Of a stretch of 64,000 nucleotides of DNA, positions 41,794 to 52,943 are shown in pieces (position 1 is the first letter of the stretch; every line of letters starts with the position of its first letter). Origin of the DNA: an uncultured Syntrophomonadaceae bacterium (GTDB lineage Bacteria > Bacillota > Dethiobacteria > DTU022 > PWGO01); the NCBI GenBank assembly GCA_964636865.1, contig CAZWVJ010000001.1, positions 118,687 to 182,686 on the forward strand. Direction: 5' to 3'. The notes below the pieces were generated by a model. The model saw only the letters and a list, made by a program, of their open reading frames with translations. It did not search any database and had not been told where the DNA came from. The translations under genes and the position numbers were made by a program.

Positions 41794-43233
41794 TTGATTT
41801 CCATAAATAAAAAAAAGCCTTTTGTAGAAAAAGTCAGAGAAACTTTAATTGACAATGACCTGCTGCAGGAAGGAGATCGGGTGCTAGTAGGCGTTTCGGG
41901 AGGGGTAGACTCTTTATGTTTATTTCATGTTCTGCTTATGCTCAAAGCAGAATGGAGCATTGAAGTGTTTGCAGGACATCTTAACCACGGATTTCGAGAG
42001 GATGCCCGAGAAGACCTTGAGTTTGTTCGATCAGTGGCCAAAAAATGGAAAATTCCCTTTTATGGTGCATCTATAAATGTACCTTATTACAGTAAAAAAA
42101 TGGGTTTATCTTCTCAACAAGCAGCACGTTATTTTCGTTTCCAATTTTTTTTGAAGGGAGCCCGGTATTTTAGGGCCAATAAAATTGCCCTCGGTCATCA
42201 TCGGGATGATCAAGTAGAAACCGTGCTGCTCAATATTTTAAATGGGACCGGCTTGGAAGGCTTGGCAGGGATGAAAGCCAATCGTAGATGGAAAGGATTA
42301 ACTATTATACGCCCTTTATTATATTACAGCAAAACTCAGATATTAAATTATTGTAAATCAGAAGAGATCGAACATAAGGAGGATTCCAGCAATTTAAAAA
42401 CTATCTATCAGCGCAATAAGATCCGGTTGGAGCTTCTCCCTTATTTAAGGGATTATAATTACCAAATAGATAATGCGATTTTACGTTTATCTGTACTGGC
42501 TCAAGAAGATGAAGATTATTTGCGAAAAGAAGCTGAGAAATACTTAAAAGTTTGTGTGGTAACCCGTACTAAAGGGAAGGTTGTCCTTAATGCCGATAAT
42601 TTGAAAAAATTACCCCTTGCTTTGCAGCGTCGAGTGATTAGAAAAACATGGCAAAAAATTTTTCCGGAAAAAACTTTTCTTAGCTTTAAGCATATTGAAA
42701 CTATTATCCGTTTTTATCAAAAGGGGGAAACGAATAAAGAAATAATTCTTCCTTATCAAGTAAAAGTATACAATCGTCCGGGAGGTAGGTTGGTTTTCAT
42801 AACCGGGGAAGATCCGGGGAAAAAGAAAAGTTTTGCGCCGGTATTACTAAATGTTCCGGGGAAAACTTTTATTCCGGGAATTGAAAAAAAAATAGAGGCG
42901 GAAATAAAAAAGCCTGCCGAATTAAAGTGGCCTCCGGATAATAACAAAGAAGCCTACCTGGATTTGGAAAAAATTAATTTACCATTAAAAATTCGTAGTC
43001 GCTGGAAAGGGGCTCGTTTCTCCCCTCTGGGCATGGAAAATGGCACAAAAAAGATTAAGAATTATTTTATAGATAATAAGATTCCTCATCATAAAAGAGA
43101 TTTCCATCCTTTGGTATTATCGGGAGGAGAAATTGCCTGGGTGGTGGGGATGGAAATTTCCCATAGATTTCGGATTACAGAGAGCACCCGGTGTGTACTG
43201 GTTCTAAAATATTTAAGTACCGGAGAATTCTAA
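41794..43233 (+). CDS. tilS: tRNA(Ile)-lysidine synthetase
   Basis: PP-loop VGVSGGVDSL; position before hpt-ftsH. Confidence 0.92.
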   Translation: MISINKKKPFVEKVRETLIDNDLLQEGDRVLVGVSGGVDSLCLFHVLLMLKAEWSIEVFAGHLNHGFREDAREDLEFVRSVAKKWKIPFYGASINVPYYSKKMGLSSQQAARYFRFQFFLKGARYFRANKIALGHHRDDQVETVLLNILNGTGLEGLAGMKANRRWKGLTIIRPLLYYSKTQILNYCKSEEIEHKEDSSNLKTIYQRNKIRLELLPYLRDYNYQIDNAILRLSVLAQEDEDYLRKEAEKYLKVCVVTRTKGKVVLNADNLKKLPLALQRRVIRKTWQKIFPEKTFLSFKHIETIIRFYQKGETNKEIILPYQVKVYNRPGGRLVFITGEDPGKKKSFAPVLLNVPGKTFIPGIEKKIEAEIKKPAELKWPPDNNKEAYLDLEKINLPLKIRSRWKGARFSPLGMENGTKKIKNYFIDNKIPHHKRDFHPLVLSGGEIAWVVGMEISHRFRITESTRCVLVLKYLSTGEF

Positions 43234-43245
43234 GGGAGGCGAAAA

Positions 43246-43776
43246 TTGGAAGAGTTAGAAAGAGTCCTTATTAACCGTAAAGAAATTGCTCAAAGAGTAA
43301 AAGAGCTTGCTTCTTCCATATCTCAAGACTATCAAAAAGAAACAGTCCTTTTCGTCGGTGTTCTTAAAGGGGCGGTAGTATTTCTTGCAGATCTTATTCG
43401 AAATATGAGCATACCGGTTGAAATAGATTTCATGGCAGTTTCCAGCTATGGTAATTCTACTAAAAGTTCCGGAGAAGTGAGGATTTTGAAAGATCTGGAA
43501 CAAAGCATTGATAATAAGAATGTGCTTATTGTGGAAGATATTATGGATACAGGCCTTACCCTGCAATTTTTAAGTAAAACTTTGCAGCAGCGGCATCCTC
43601 TTTCAATTAGAGTGGTTACACTTTTGGATAAACCCCAGAAGCGCCTGGTGAATATTCAACCGGATTATTTGGGGTTTACCGTAGGTGATAATTTTGTGGT
43701 AGGATATGGCTTGGATTTTGGGGAAAAGTTTCGAGGATTACCTGATATTCATGTGTTAAAAACAATAAAGGGATAA
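43246..43776 (+). CDS. hpt: Hypoxanthine phosphoribosyltransferase
   Basis: PRPP-binding motif VLIVEDIMDTGLT; TTG start after the TAAGGGAGG RBS. Confidence 0.92.
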   Translation: MEELERVLINRKEIAQRVKELASSISQDYQKETVLFVGVLKGAVVFLADLIRNMSIPVEIDFMAVSSYGNSTKSSGEVRILKDLEQSIDNKNVLIVEDIMDTGLTLQFLSKTLQQRHPLSIRVVTLLDKPQKRLVNIQPDYLGFTVGDNFVVGYGLDFGEKFRGLPDIHVLKTIKG

Positions 43777-43926
43777 CATTATTATTAGAGATATAAACTG
43801 CTCCGAAATTAATATTTGACTTCTCATGTGGTTAAGGAGTGAGGTTTCCTCTTTTATTGGCAGTTCAATTTTTGTATGTTAGAATAAATTGAATAGCTTG
43901 TTTTAAGGAAGTTAAGGAGGTTATAA

Positions 43927-45885
43927 ATGAGTCCATTTATGCGTCAGGCAACTTTTTACCTGCTTATTGCCATTGTGGTTATTGCTTTGGTGAGTTATTT
44001 CCAGGGCAGGGAAGAGGTGCCTCAAATTGATTATATTCCAGATTTTATTGAGCTCATTCAAAATGAACAAATAGAAAAAGTTTATTTGGAAGGGGTAGAA
44101 ATTCAGGCAGAACTAACTCAGGAACAAGAATTTGATGGGACTGTTGCTACTCAAATACAAACTAGCAAGCCCCCTGATGATGATTTAACTGCCAGGTTGG
44201 AAGAACATAACATCCGTTTTGAATCTCAAGAGGTTACTACACCCTGGTGGAGTGCTTTAACCTATATGATACCTTTTGTGTTATTAATAGGCCTATTCTT
44301 TTTCTTTATGCAGCAGTCCCAGGGAGGGGGCAGTAAAGTAATGAATTTTGGCAAAAGCAAGGCGCGCCTGCATGAACCGGATCAAAAGAAGGTTACTTTT
44401 GATGAAGTAGCCGGAGCTGATGAAGAAAAAGCAGAGCTGGAAGAAATAGTCGGATTTCTAAAATCCCCTAAAAAATACATTGAGATTGGAGCCAGAATTC
44501 CTAAAGGTATTTTACTGGTAGGTCCGCCTGGAACGGGTAAGACCCTCCTGGGAAGGGCGGTGGCCGGTGAAGCGGGGGTTCCGTTCTTTAGTATAAGTGG
44601 GTCTGATTTTGTGGAAATGTTTGTTGGTGTAGGTGCTTCGAGAGTGAGAGATCTTTTTGAAAACGCCAAGAAAAACGCGCCCTGTATTGTATTTATGGAT
44701 GAGATTGACGCTGTAGGCAGACAAAGGGGAGCCGGTCTTGGCGGTGGACACGATGAAAGGGAACAAACATTAAATCAACTTCTGGTAGAAATGGATGGCT
44801 TTGATATCAATGAAGGAATTATTTTGCTGGCAGCCACCAATAGGCCTGACATTCTTGATCCCGCCTTGCTTCGTCCCGGTCGTTTTGACCGCCAGGTGAC
44901 TGTAAACTATCCGGATGTAAAAGGAAGAGAAGAAATTCTACAGGTCCATATAAGCAAAAAACAGTTGGATGATAATGTAGATCTTAAAACAATTGCCAAG
45001 CGGACTCCCGGATTTACGGGGGCAGATCTGGAAAATGTGGTTAATGAAGCAGCGCTGCTTACGGCCAGAAAAGATAAAAAAGATATCGGCATGCAAGAGT
45101 TGGAAGCCGCTATTGACCGGGTAATTGCGGGTACAGAGAAAAAAAGCCGCGTAATCAGTGAATTTGAGAAGAAATTGGTTGCCTTTCACGAAGCGGGCCA
45201 CGCTTTAGTCGGATATCTTCTGCCCAAAACTGATCCGATTCATAAAGTTTCGGTTATCCCACGGGGTAAAGCAGGCGGGTATACTCTTATGTTACCTGAG
45301 GAAGATCGTTATTATATGACTCGCACAGAACTTTTGGAGCGAGTAAGTACCTTGTTGGCCGGCAGGGTGGCAGAACAGATTGCGCTTGAAGAAATAAGCA
45401 CGGGGGCCCAGAATGACCTGGAAAGGGCCACAGGTGTTGTCCGGCAAATGATTATGGAATATGGCATGAGTGATAAACTTGGGCCTATTACTCTTGGCAA
45501 TAAGCAAAATCAAGTGTTTTTAGGCCGAGATCTGGCCCGGGAGAGGGATTATAGTGAAGAAATAGCCAGGGCTATTGATGCAGAAATTCGTAACACTATA
45601 GATAATTGTTATCATAGGGCGGAGGACTTAATAGAGAACAATAAGGATAAATTATATGCTTTAGCCCATACTCTTTTAGAAAAAGAAACGCTTGAATCTG
45701 AAGAAATAATTGCCATCATTGAAGGTAAAACAGTGGAAAATGTAAGAGAGGATCAAAATTCTAAAGAAAGTAAAAACAATACAGAAGAAAACTATTTAAA
45801 TAAAGAAGAAGTTGATGATTTTGAGGGAGAGTATGAATCTGGTGAAAATGAAAGTTCCCGGGATAGCGAAACATTGCAAGAATAA
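43927..45885 (+). CDS. ftsH: ATP-dependent zinc metalloprotease FtsH
   Basis: Two TM helices; AAA motifs GPPGTGKT and DEIDAVG; SRH; zinc site HEAGHAL. Confidence 0.97.
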   Translation: MSPFMRQATFYLLIAIVVIALVSYFQGREEVPQIDYIPDFIELIQNEQIEKVYLEGVEIQAELTQEQEFDGTVATQIQTSKPPDDDLTARLEEHNIRFESQEVTTPWWSALTYMIPFVLLIGLFFFFMQQSQGGGSKVMNFGKSKARLHEPDQKKVTFDEVAGADEEKAELEEIVGFLKSPKKYIEIGARIPKGILLVGPPGTGKTLLGRAVAGEAGVPFFSISGSDFVEMFVGVGASRVRDLFENAKKNAPCIVFMDEIDAVGRQRGAGLGGGHDEREQTLNQLLVEMDGFDINEGIILLAATNRPDILDPALLRPGRFDRQVTVNYPDVKGREEILQVHISKKQLDDNVDLKTIAKRTPGFTGADLENVVNEAALLTARKDKKDIGMQELEAAIDRVIAGTEKKSRVISEFEKKLVAFHEAGHALVGYLLPKTDPIHKVSVIPRGKAGGYTLMLPEEDRYYMTRTELLERVSTLLAGRVAEQIALEEISTGAQNDLERATGVVRQMIMEYGMSDKLGPITLGNKQNQVFLGRDLARERDYSEEIARAIDAEIRNTIDNCYHRAEDLIENNKDKLYALAHTLLEKETLESEEIIAIIEGKTVENVREDQNSKESKNNTEENYLNKEEVDDFEGEYESGENESSRDSETLQE

Positions 45886-45905
45886 AGGAATGCAAAAAAT
45901 TTAAA

Positions 45906-46781
45906 TTACTGAGAGAAAATGCGAGCATTATGGTAAAAAAGACGGGCATAAATTTCACCAGGTAAATGCAAGTTTTGAATGTTTTGCATGTCGATGTAAG
46001 GTTCATTTATTATAAAAGGGAAGTCACTGCCGTATATTATCCTGTCTGGATATTGCATGATCATTTTTTTTAGTTCTTCCAGGGGCAATGTAAAAGAATG
46101 GTTGTTAAAAACAAAGGAAGTATCTAGATAAATATGGGGATACTTTTGTAAAAGGGTGGAATATTCTTCAAGCTCAAACAACCCCATATGGGGTATAAGT
46201 ATTTTTAGATTGGGGAAGTAATGCAAAATATTATAAAGATAGTTTATACCTACACAGTCCTGGAGGTGAAGAGGAAAAGTAGAGGTATGAATAATAACCC
46301 CTTTTCCCTTTTGTTCAAGTGCTTCATAAACGGGAAAGAACCTTCCGTCATCGGGAGGGATTCTTTTTACCAGGGAATGAATTTTTAATCCCGGAAAATC
46401 ATATAGATCCAAAGCTTCATAAAGCACATATTCTAAATTTTCATCGGCAGGATGTATGCAACCATAGGGAACAAGCCAGGGGTGTTCTTTAATCAGTTTT
46501 GCCAACCAGCGGTTAAGTTCTAAAGAAATATTGGGTTTGTGTGCATATACCAATACCGATGCACGATCAATTCCGGCATCCTTAAGATAATTAATTAACA
46601 AAGGATGGTAATCGGAGAAGGCTAAATTCCAGCCATAGTTATCTTTAAATACCCGGTAAATAGCTTGAAAGAGTTTGGGAGGAAAAAGATGGATATGCGC
46701 ATCCCATAATAATTCAACTTCCGGAATGAATTTTTTTAAGTTTGATTGTGATAAGTTTCTGAGATTGTTTTCTGCTTTCAT
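45906..46781 (-). CDS. Amidohydrolase-2 (TIM-barrel metal-dependent hydrolase) family protein
   Basis: WDAHIHLFP His-His metal motif near the N-terminus; later conserved His/Asp residues (HTSTF, PHMG, GSDFP). Confidence 0.7.
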   Translation of the reverse strand: MKAENNLRNLSQSNLKKFIPEVELLWDAHIHLFPPKLFQAIYRVFKDNYGWNLAFSDYHPLLINYLKDAGIDRASVLVYAHKPNISLELNRWLAKLIKEHPWLVPYGCIHPADENLEYVLYEALDLYDFPGLKIHSLVKRIPPDDGRFFPVYEALEQKGKGVIIHTSTFPLHLQDCVGINYLYNILHYFPNLKILIPHMGLFELEEYSTLLQKYPHIYLDTSFVFNNHSFTLPLEELKKMIMQYPDRIIYGSDFPFIINEPYIDMQNIQNLHLPGEIYARLFYHNARIFSQ

Positions 46782-47019
46782 ACTATCATTATAACAAAAA
46801 TGATTAAAAAGGAGTTATTTCAAATAGAATAATTAAAGCAGGAAAAATAAACAGTTATATAGAACTATAAGATTTGGAGCAGAGCTCATCTATTAATATT
46901 AGATATAAAATATTAAAATCTTGGTGAAGGGAGTGGTTTACTAAAAGGTGATTGACTAAGTAAAAGCAGTAGTAAGGTGCGAGAATTACTTACATATTAT
47001 ATTTAAAGGAGGAAAATTA

Positions 47020-48786
47020 ATGGCACTAGATCCAACCAAACATGCTGATTGGGAAATTGCTGAAGAAGCAGAGTCCCGTATGAAGACGGTGTATCAGATG
47101 GCTGAAGAATTGGGGCTGGAACAAGAAGAATTATTGCCCCACGGCAACTATGTTGCAAAGATTGACTTTAAGAAACTTTTGTCACGTATGAAAGACAAGC
47201 CTGATGGTAAGTATATTGACGTAACTGCCATCAACCCCACACCCCTTGGAGAAGGAAAAACTACTACGACTATGGGGCTTACCCAGGGTATGGGCAAAAT
47301 TGGCAAAGAAGTAATGGCGACTATTCGCCAACCCTCTGGAGGCCCTACCATGAACATTAAAGGTTCTGCAGCCGGAGGCGGGTTGGCCCAGTGTATTCCG
47401 CTTACGCCTTTTTCCCTGGGGTTAACCGGTGATATTAATGACATTATGAATGCGCATAACCTGGGTATGGTTGCCCTAACTTCCAGGCTGCAACATGAAT
47501 TTAATTCCTCAGACAAGTTTTTGGAAAAACGAGGTTTGAAGAGATTAAATATTGATCCTCGCAATGTCCAATTTAAGTGGATTATTGACTTTTGTGCTCA
47601 GGCACTGCGAAATATAATTATTGGCATGGGCGGCAGAAGAGACGGCTTCATGATGGAATCTGGTTTTAATATTGCGGTTTCTTCGGAAATCATGGCGATT
47701 TTGTCAGTGGCTAAAGATCTAAAAGATATGCGGGAGAGAATGGGCCGTATAGTAGTTGCTTATGATAAGCAAGGAAATGATGTAACTACTGCAGACTTAG
47801 AAGTAGACGGCGCCATGACAGCCTGGATGGTAAATGCCCTGAACCCCAATTTAATGCAGACTCTCGAAGGTCAACCTACCATGGTTCATGCCGGTCCATT
47901 TGCCAATATAGCTATTGGACAATCTTCCATTGTGGCCGACCGGGTAGGATTAAAACTTAAAGACTATGTTATAACTGAGTCTGGCTTCGGAGCTGACATT
48001 GGCTTTGAGAAGTTCTGGAACTTAAAGTGCCGCATGTCTGACTTGAAACCCCATGCAGCTGTGTTGGTTACTACTATTAGGGCTATGAAGTGCCATGGCG
48101 GCGCCCCTGTGCCCGTTCCCGGCCAACCTATTGATCCCGCTTACAATGAAGAAAACGTAGGATGGGTAGAAAAAGGCTGCGAAAACCTTATTCAGCATAT
48201 AAATACCATCAAAAAATCGGGTATTAATCCGGTAGTATGTATTAACCATTTCTACACGGACACTGATAATGAGATCAATGCAGTTCGCCGTTTGGCCGAA
48301 GAAGCCGGAGCCTGGGTGGCAGTATCCAAACATTGGCAGTATGGAGGCGACGGAGCAAAAGAACTTGCTGAAGCTGTAGTAGAAGCAGCTGATAAGCCAA
48401 ATGAATTCCGTTATCTGTATAACCTGGAAACACCATTGCGCGATCGCATTGATTTAATTGTGAGAGAAGTATATGGCGGTGATGGAGTAGAATATTCGCC
48501 TGAAGCTTTGGAGAAGGCCAAGAAAATAGAAGAAGATAAAGAACTAATGAAGCAACTGGGCACTTGCATGGCCAAGACCCACCTTAGCTTAACAGATAAT
48601 CCTGCGATAAAAGGAGCTCCCAAGGATTGGAAGCTTTTTGTGCGTGATATTTTGACCTATAAAGGAGCAGGATTCGTAGTACCTCTTGCCGGTACTATTC
48701 CTATGATGCCCGGTACATCTTCTGATCCGGCATATCGGAAAGTAGATGTGGACACAGAAACAGGTAGGGTTCAAGGACTGTTTTAA
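47020..48786 (+). CDS. fhs: Formate--tetrahydrofolate ligase
   Basis: P-loop [10 protein letters not shown](M)GL; highly conserved FTHFS body. Confidence 0.95.
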   Translation: MALDPTKHADWEIAEEAESRMKTVYQMAEELGLEQEELLPHGNYVAKIDFKKLLSRMKDKPDGKYIDVTAINPTPLGEGKTTTTMGLTQGMGKIGKEVMATIRQPSGGPTMNIKGSAAGGGLAQCIPLTPFSLGLTGDINDIMNAHNLGMVALTSRLQHEFNSSDKFLEKRGLKRLNIDPRNVQFKWIIDFCAQALRNIIIGMGGRRDGFMMESGFNIAVSSEIMAILSVAKDLKDMRERMGRIVVAYDKQGNDVTTADLEVDGAMTAWMVNALNPNLMQTLEGQPTMVHAGPFANIAIGQSSIVADRVGLKLKDYVITESGFGADIGFEKFWNLKCRMSDLKPHAAVLVTTIRAMKCHGGAPVPVPGQPIDPAYNEENVGWVEKGCENLIQHINTIKKSGINPVVCINHFYTDTDNEINAVRRLAEEAGAWVAVSKHWQYGGDGAKELAEAVVEAADKPNEFRYLYNLETPLRDRIDLIVREVYGGDGVEYSPEALEKAKKIEEDKELMKQLGTCMAKTHLSLTDNPAIKGAPKDWKLFVRDILTYKGAGFVVPLAGTIPMMPGTSSDPAYRKVDVDTETGRVQGLF

Positions 48787-49000
48787 AAAAATAAAATATG
48801 GGATGGGATAACTACTCAGGCCAAAAAAAACTTGGTTAAGGCACGCTGTCCATGGAAAAGGGATCGAGTATCCCTGAAGTACAGCAAAGGGCCGTATTTT
48901 AGGGCCGGGGGAGGCGATGAAGCCCACCACTTTGGCACAGTGGTGTATAGTAGAGTAGTTACGTTATGAAATATAGGTATTATAAGGACGCTAAAAGCCG

Positions 49001-49046
49001 GGATGCGAATCGGCACATTTAGCGTCCTTACTTTTTGGGAGGGTAA
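49001..49046 (+). promoter_or_regulatory. Hairpin plus U-run immediately upstream of the pabA RBS (possible attenuator or riboswitch expression platform)
   Basis: aggacgctaa [aagccgggatgcgaatcggcacat] ttagcgtcct tactttttggg, then gggagggtaattg ATG. Confidence 0.4.
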
Positions 49047-49049
49047 TTG

Positions 49050-49673
49050 ATGCTGTTGATGATTGATAATTATGATTCATTTACCTTTATCCTGGTGGAC
49101 TATTTTCGCCGCCTGGGCTGTAATATCGAAGTATACCGCAATGATGAATTGACTTTAGCTGAAGTTGAAGAAATGAAGCCACGGGGCATTGTAATTTCGC
49201 CTGGCCCCAAAGATCCCGATCATGCCGGCATAAGTCTACCTTTGGTCAAACAATTTGGCGGTAGGATTCCTTTGTTGGGAGTTTGTTTGGGTCACCAAGC
49301 CATAGGGCAATTTTACGGAGCGAAAGTAGTTAGGGCATCTCGTTTGATGCATGGCAAAACTTCCGCGATTTATCACCAGGGAAAGGGTGTTTTTAAAGAT
49401 TTATCATCTCCCTTGAAGGCTACACGGTATCATTCTTTGATTCTTGACCCGGAATCAATACCGCCTGAGCTTGAGGTAACTGCGCAAACAATGGAAAGAG
49501 AAATAATGGGGGTAAAACATCGATATTATAATGTAGAAGGCGTTCAGTTTCACCCTGAATCAATCCTTACAGAATCGGGGGAAAAAATATTAAAAAATTT
49601 TTTGGAATGGAAAGAGTCAATAGAAGACAGTCGGGATAATAAAGAAAAGGGGGGTAGAGGTTGCAACCCATAA
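49050..49673 (+). CDS. pabA: Aminodeoxychorismate / anthranilate synthase component II (glutamine amidotransferase)
   Basis: Class I GATase triad region GVCLGHQ, FHPES. Confidence 0.9.
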   Translation: MLLMIDNYDSFTFILVDYFRRLGCNIEVYRNDELTLAEVEEMKPRGIVISPGPKDPDHAGISLPLVKQFGGRIPLLGVCLGHQAIGQFYGAKVVRASRLMHGKTSAIYHQGKGVFKDLSSPLKATRYHSLILDPESIPPELEVTAQTMEREIMGVKHRYYNVEGVQFHPESILTESGEKILKNFLEWKESIEDSRDNKEKGGRGCNP

Positions 49674-51070
49674 TAGAGGAAATTCCTTATTATTTAGAAG
49701 GAGAAAAAGTTTATGAAGTTTTTCAAAATGACGCGTACAGTTTTCTATTAGACAGCGGCATCGTGCATCATAATTTGGGACGCTACTCTTTCGTAGGAAG
49801 TGAGCCCTTTTTGGTTTTTCGTTCGCAAGGGTTCAGATGTAACATCCAATACTTACAGGGCCGGGCATATTATGTTAACAAAAATCCTTTTACTTGTTTG
49901 CATGAACTGGTTAACGAATATAAAGAGCATAGTTTAACCGAATTGCCTCTTATCGGAGGAGGCGCAGTAGGATATATGTCTTATGATATGGGGCGTTGTC
50001 TGGAAAAATTACCTTATAAAATTCCTGATGACATTGGAATACCGGAATGTTTGATGGCTTTTTATGATTGTGGTGTAATTATTGATCATTTGCATGAAAG
50101 AACTTATGTATTTTCTACAGGACTACCCTGGAGAGGAAAGGAAAAGGAAAAACATCGTGATCAAAGATTTCGGGAACTGTTTGGCCGAATTAAAAATCTT
50201 CGGGACCTTAGTTTCCATAATTCAGAACAAGCCCGGAACACCGGGAGGGATTTACGGGCTAACTTTTCTAAAGAAAGTTACCTTTCGGCTGTGAATAAAG
50301 CTTTAGACTATATCGGCAGAGGAGATATTTACCAGGTGAACCTTACCCAACGTTTTGAAGCCCGTCTTGACAGTTCACCCTGGGAGTTGTATAAGCGCCT
50401 AAAATCGCTGAACCCTTCACCTTTTGCTTCTTTTTTAAATTTTCCGGAAGTGACGGTGGTGAGTTCTTCACCGGAAAGATTTTTAAGGCAGGAAGGCACT
50501 AAGATGGAAACCCGTCCTATTAAGGGCACACGCCCGCGAGGCAGAACCTCTGATGAAGATTATGCTTTACGGCAAGAATTATGGGAAAGCTCTAAAGATC
50601 AAGCAGAATTAGTAATGATTGTAGACTTAGAGCGCAATGATCTGAGCAAAATATGCAAAACAGGCACAGTTAAAGTTCCGGAACTCTTTACGCTTGAGGA
50701 ATATGCTACGGTTCATCACCTGGTTTCCACCGTAGAGGGAGAGCTTGCACCTGAGAGCAGCGTGATTGATGTTTTGCAAGCTTCTTTTCCCGGTGGGTCT
50801 ATTACCGGTGCCCCAAAGATTAGGGCTATGGAGATAATTGAAGAACTGGAGCCTGTGCGGCGGGGAATTTATACGGGCTCCATAGGATATATTGATTTTA
50901 ACGGGCATGCTGATTTAAATATTGTAATACGTACCATTATAATTAAAAATAACCGGGTGTTCTTTCAAGTGGGCGGAGGCATTGTAGCTGATTCATCTCC
51001 TCAGGCTGAATACCAGGAGACACTTGACAAAGCTAAAGCCCTTTTAGGCGCTTTAGGCTTTGAATATTAA
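49661..51070 (+). CDS. pabB: Aminodeoxychorismate synthase component I
   Basis: Chorismate-binding C-terminal domain (SPERF, PIKGTRPRG, GAPK, GGGIV); short 469-aa PabB-type length. Confidence 0.88.
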   Translation: MQPIIEEIPYYLEGEKVYEVFQNDAYSFLLDSGIVHHNLGRYSFVGSEPFLVFRSQGFRCNIQYLQGRAYYVNKNPFTCLHELVNEYKEHSLTELPLIGGGAVGYMSYDMGRCLEKLPYKIPDDIGIPECLMAFYDCGVIIDHLHERTYVFSTGLPWRGKEKEKHRDQRFRELFGRIKNLRDLSFHNSEQARNTGRDLRANFSKESYLSAVNKALDYIGRGDIYQVNLTQRFEARLDSSPWELYKRLKSLNPSPFASFLNFPEVTVVSSSPERFLRQEGTKMETRPIKGTRPRGRTSDEDYALRQELWESSKDQAELVMIVDLERNDLSKICKTGTVKVPELFTLEEYATVHHLVSTVEGELAPESSVIDVLQASFPGGSITGAPKIRAMEIIEELEPVRRGIYTGSIGYIDFNGHADLNIVIRTIIIKNNRVFFQVGGGIVADSSPQAEYQETLDKAKALLGALGFEY

Positions 51071-51946
51071 ATGGGGGCGGATATAGTGAGTAATTTATGT
51101 TATTTGAATGGAAATATCATCTCCCTTGACGAAGCTTGCATTTCTATCAACGACCGGGGGGTCCTTTATGGAGACGGTTTATTCGAAACTGTTCGCATTT
51201 ATAATGGCATACCTTTTTTAATCGAAGAACACCTACAGAGAATGAGAGAGGGGGCTTTGGCCTTACATATTAGCTTACCGGGAACTTTGCCGGAGATGAA
51301 AGAGGCAGTTGATGAAATTCTGGCTGCTAATGAGATGCGGGACGGATTTATGAGATTAACCCTTACCAGGGGGAGTGATGTGCGCGGAATCTGGCCCAAG
51401 ACTAATGACAATTCTACTTTTTTTATAACTACAAACCCTTCCGTTCCTTATACTCCGGAACAATATCGTCAAGGAATTAAAGCTTCTTTTATAAGCTTTC
51501 CTTTAAACGAAAATTCCCCTCAGGTAGGTTTTAAAACACTTAACTACCTTGATAATATATTGGGCCGTCGTGAGGCATATTATAAAGGAGTGGATGAAGG
51601 AATATTTTTAAACCAAAAAGGCTACCTGGTGGAAGGGACGGCAAGCAATCTTTTTATAATAAAAAACAATGTCCTGTATACTCCTCCAACGGAATCGGGG
51701 TTGCTGCCGGGAATTACCCGGGCTGTGGTGCTAAAACTGGCTTCTAAGACTTATAGGGTTGAGGAGCAAAATTTAAGCCCTGCCTTTTTAAAAGGGGCGG
51801 AAGAAGCTTTCCTAACCAATTCTTTAATGGAGATTATGCCCCTGGTAAAAATTGATGAAGACATCATTGGCTCCGGTTTTGCCGGGGCTATAACAGTTAA
51901 TCTTTACCGAAATTATCAGGAATATATTAAAAGTAATCTTGCCTAA
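51071..51946 (+). CDS. pabC: Aminodeoxychorismate lyase (class IV aminotransferase fold)
   Basis: Fold-type IV motifs (GDGLFET, EGTASNLF); gene order pabA-pabB-pabC. Confidence 0.85.
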   Translation: MGADIVSNLCYLNGNIISLDEACISINDRGVLYGDGLFETVRIYNGIPFLIEEHLQRMREGALALHISLPGTLPEMKEAVDEILAANEMRDGFMRLTLTRGSDVRGIWPKTNDNSTFFITTNPSVPYTPEQYRQGIKASFISFPLNENSPQVGFKTLNYLDNILGRREAYYKGVDEGIFLNQKGYLVEGTASNLFIIKNNVLYTPPTESGLLPGITRAVVLKLASKTYRVEEQNLSPAFLKGAEEAFLTNSLMEIMPLVKIDEDIIGSGFAGAITVNLYRNYQEYIKSNLA

Positions 51947-51947
51947 G

Positions 51948-52481
51948 TTAATTATTGTTTAATAAGAAATGGCTAAATTCATCCCAGGGGTTTTGCAGAT
52001 CCAGCTTGTCTATGCCTTCCGGTGGCCCCAATGCTTGAAGCAATTCTTTTACATTTTGTGAAAATCCCGGCGGGATTAATTGGGGAGCAATTTCGGCCAG
52101 GGGTACCAAAACAAACCAGCGATGGGCGATTAGGGGATGAGGCAATTGAAGGTTTTCATTATGGATTATTGTTTCCGGATAAACCAGTATATCAAGGTCA
52201 ATAAGGCGGGATGCCCAATTTCCCTTTTCCTTTCTTCCCAGTTCATGCTCTATTTGTTTGGTTAAATGCAATAAATCAAGGGGAGAAAGGTTGGTTTCTA
52301 CAGCGCACACAGCGTTTAAATAACGTTCTTGTGCATTAGTTCCCACCGGGTCGGTTTCATAAATAGACGAAAGTGAGTGGAGTTCTACCCGTGGGTGATT
52401 ATTTAATTTGGTTACAGCTTTTTTAAGATAATATAGCCGATTATTTAAGTTAGCTCCCAACCCGATATAAACAATGTTCAT
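51948..52481 (-). CDS. folK: 2-amino-4-hydroxy-6-hydroxymethyldihydropteridine pyrophosphokinase
   Basis: IGLGANL N-terminus; HPPK motifs (GPRxIDLDIL-like, RLIDLDIL). Confidence 0.9.
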   Translation of the reverse strand: MNIVYIGLGANLNNRLYYLKKAVTKLNNHPRVELHSLSSIYETDPVGTNAQERYLNAVCAVETNLSPLDLLHLTKQIEHELGRKEKGNWASRLIDLDILVYPETIIHNENLQLPHPLIAHRWFVLVPLAEIAPQLIPPGFSQNVKELLQALGPPEGIDKLDLQNPWDEFSHFLLNNN

Positions 52482-52549
52482 ATTGATTCCTTCCCCTTCG
52501 TCCTTAAAGGAATGTTGTTTATTTTTCCTGGTCGCGGTTTCATAATAAA

Positions 52550-52915
52550 TTATTTGCTGCCAGATCGAACTACTGTGGCAGAAACACCATCAGTTACCTC
52601 CGGCAAAGGAGGGTTCGGTTTTATCACCGTAACTGTTATTCTTTTTACTTGGGGAAAAAAATATAAAATTTCATGGGATATTTTTTCAGCCAAAGTTTCG
52701 ATTAGCCGGCAGGGTTCTCGGGCGGAAATCTCTTTAACCATGCTACAAATTTTACTGTAATCTACCGTATCTTCTATATCATCTGTTTTACTAATGCCCT
52801 GCAAGTTTACTTCCAGGCTGATAGTTATCAGAAATTCTTGGCCCTGCTCCCTTTCTTCGGGTAAGACTCCGTGGTAATCGTATAGTGATATATTATTTAT
52901 ATCGATCTTGTCCAT
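52550..52915 (-). CDS. folB: Dihydroneopterin aldolase
   Basis: Likely start MDKIDINN after the AAGGAGA RBS; YHGVLPEERE...G motif typical of FolB. Confidence 0.85.
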   Translation of the reverse strand: MDKIDINNISLYDYHGVLPEEREQGQEFLITISLEVNLQGISKTDDIEDTVDYSKICSMVKEISAREPCRLIETLAEKISHEILYFFPQVKRITVTVIKPNPPLPEVTDGVSATVVRSGSK

Positions 52916-52943
52916 TTTTGTTTCTCCTTGAATTAAATAGAAG

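Noticed and set aside
46782-47019. Possible ZTP (pfl) riboswitch upstream of fhs
   Set aside because: Looked for GGGUCGUGAC...CCGGGCG / ACCGCCUGGGCA-type pseudoknot motifs; none present. The region looks like a plain AT-rich divergent promoter.
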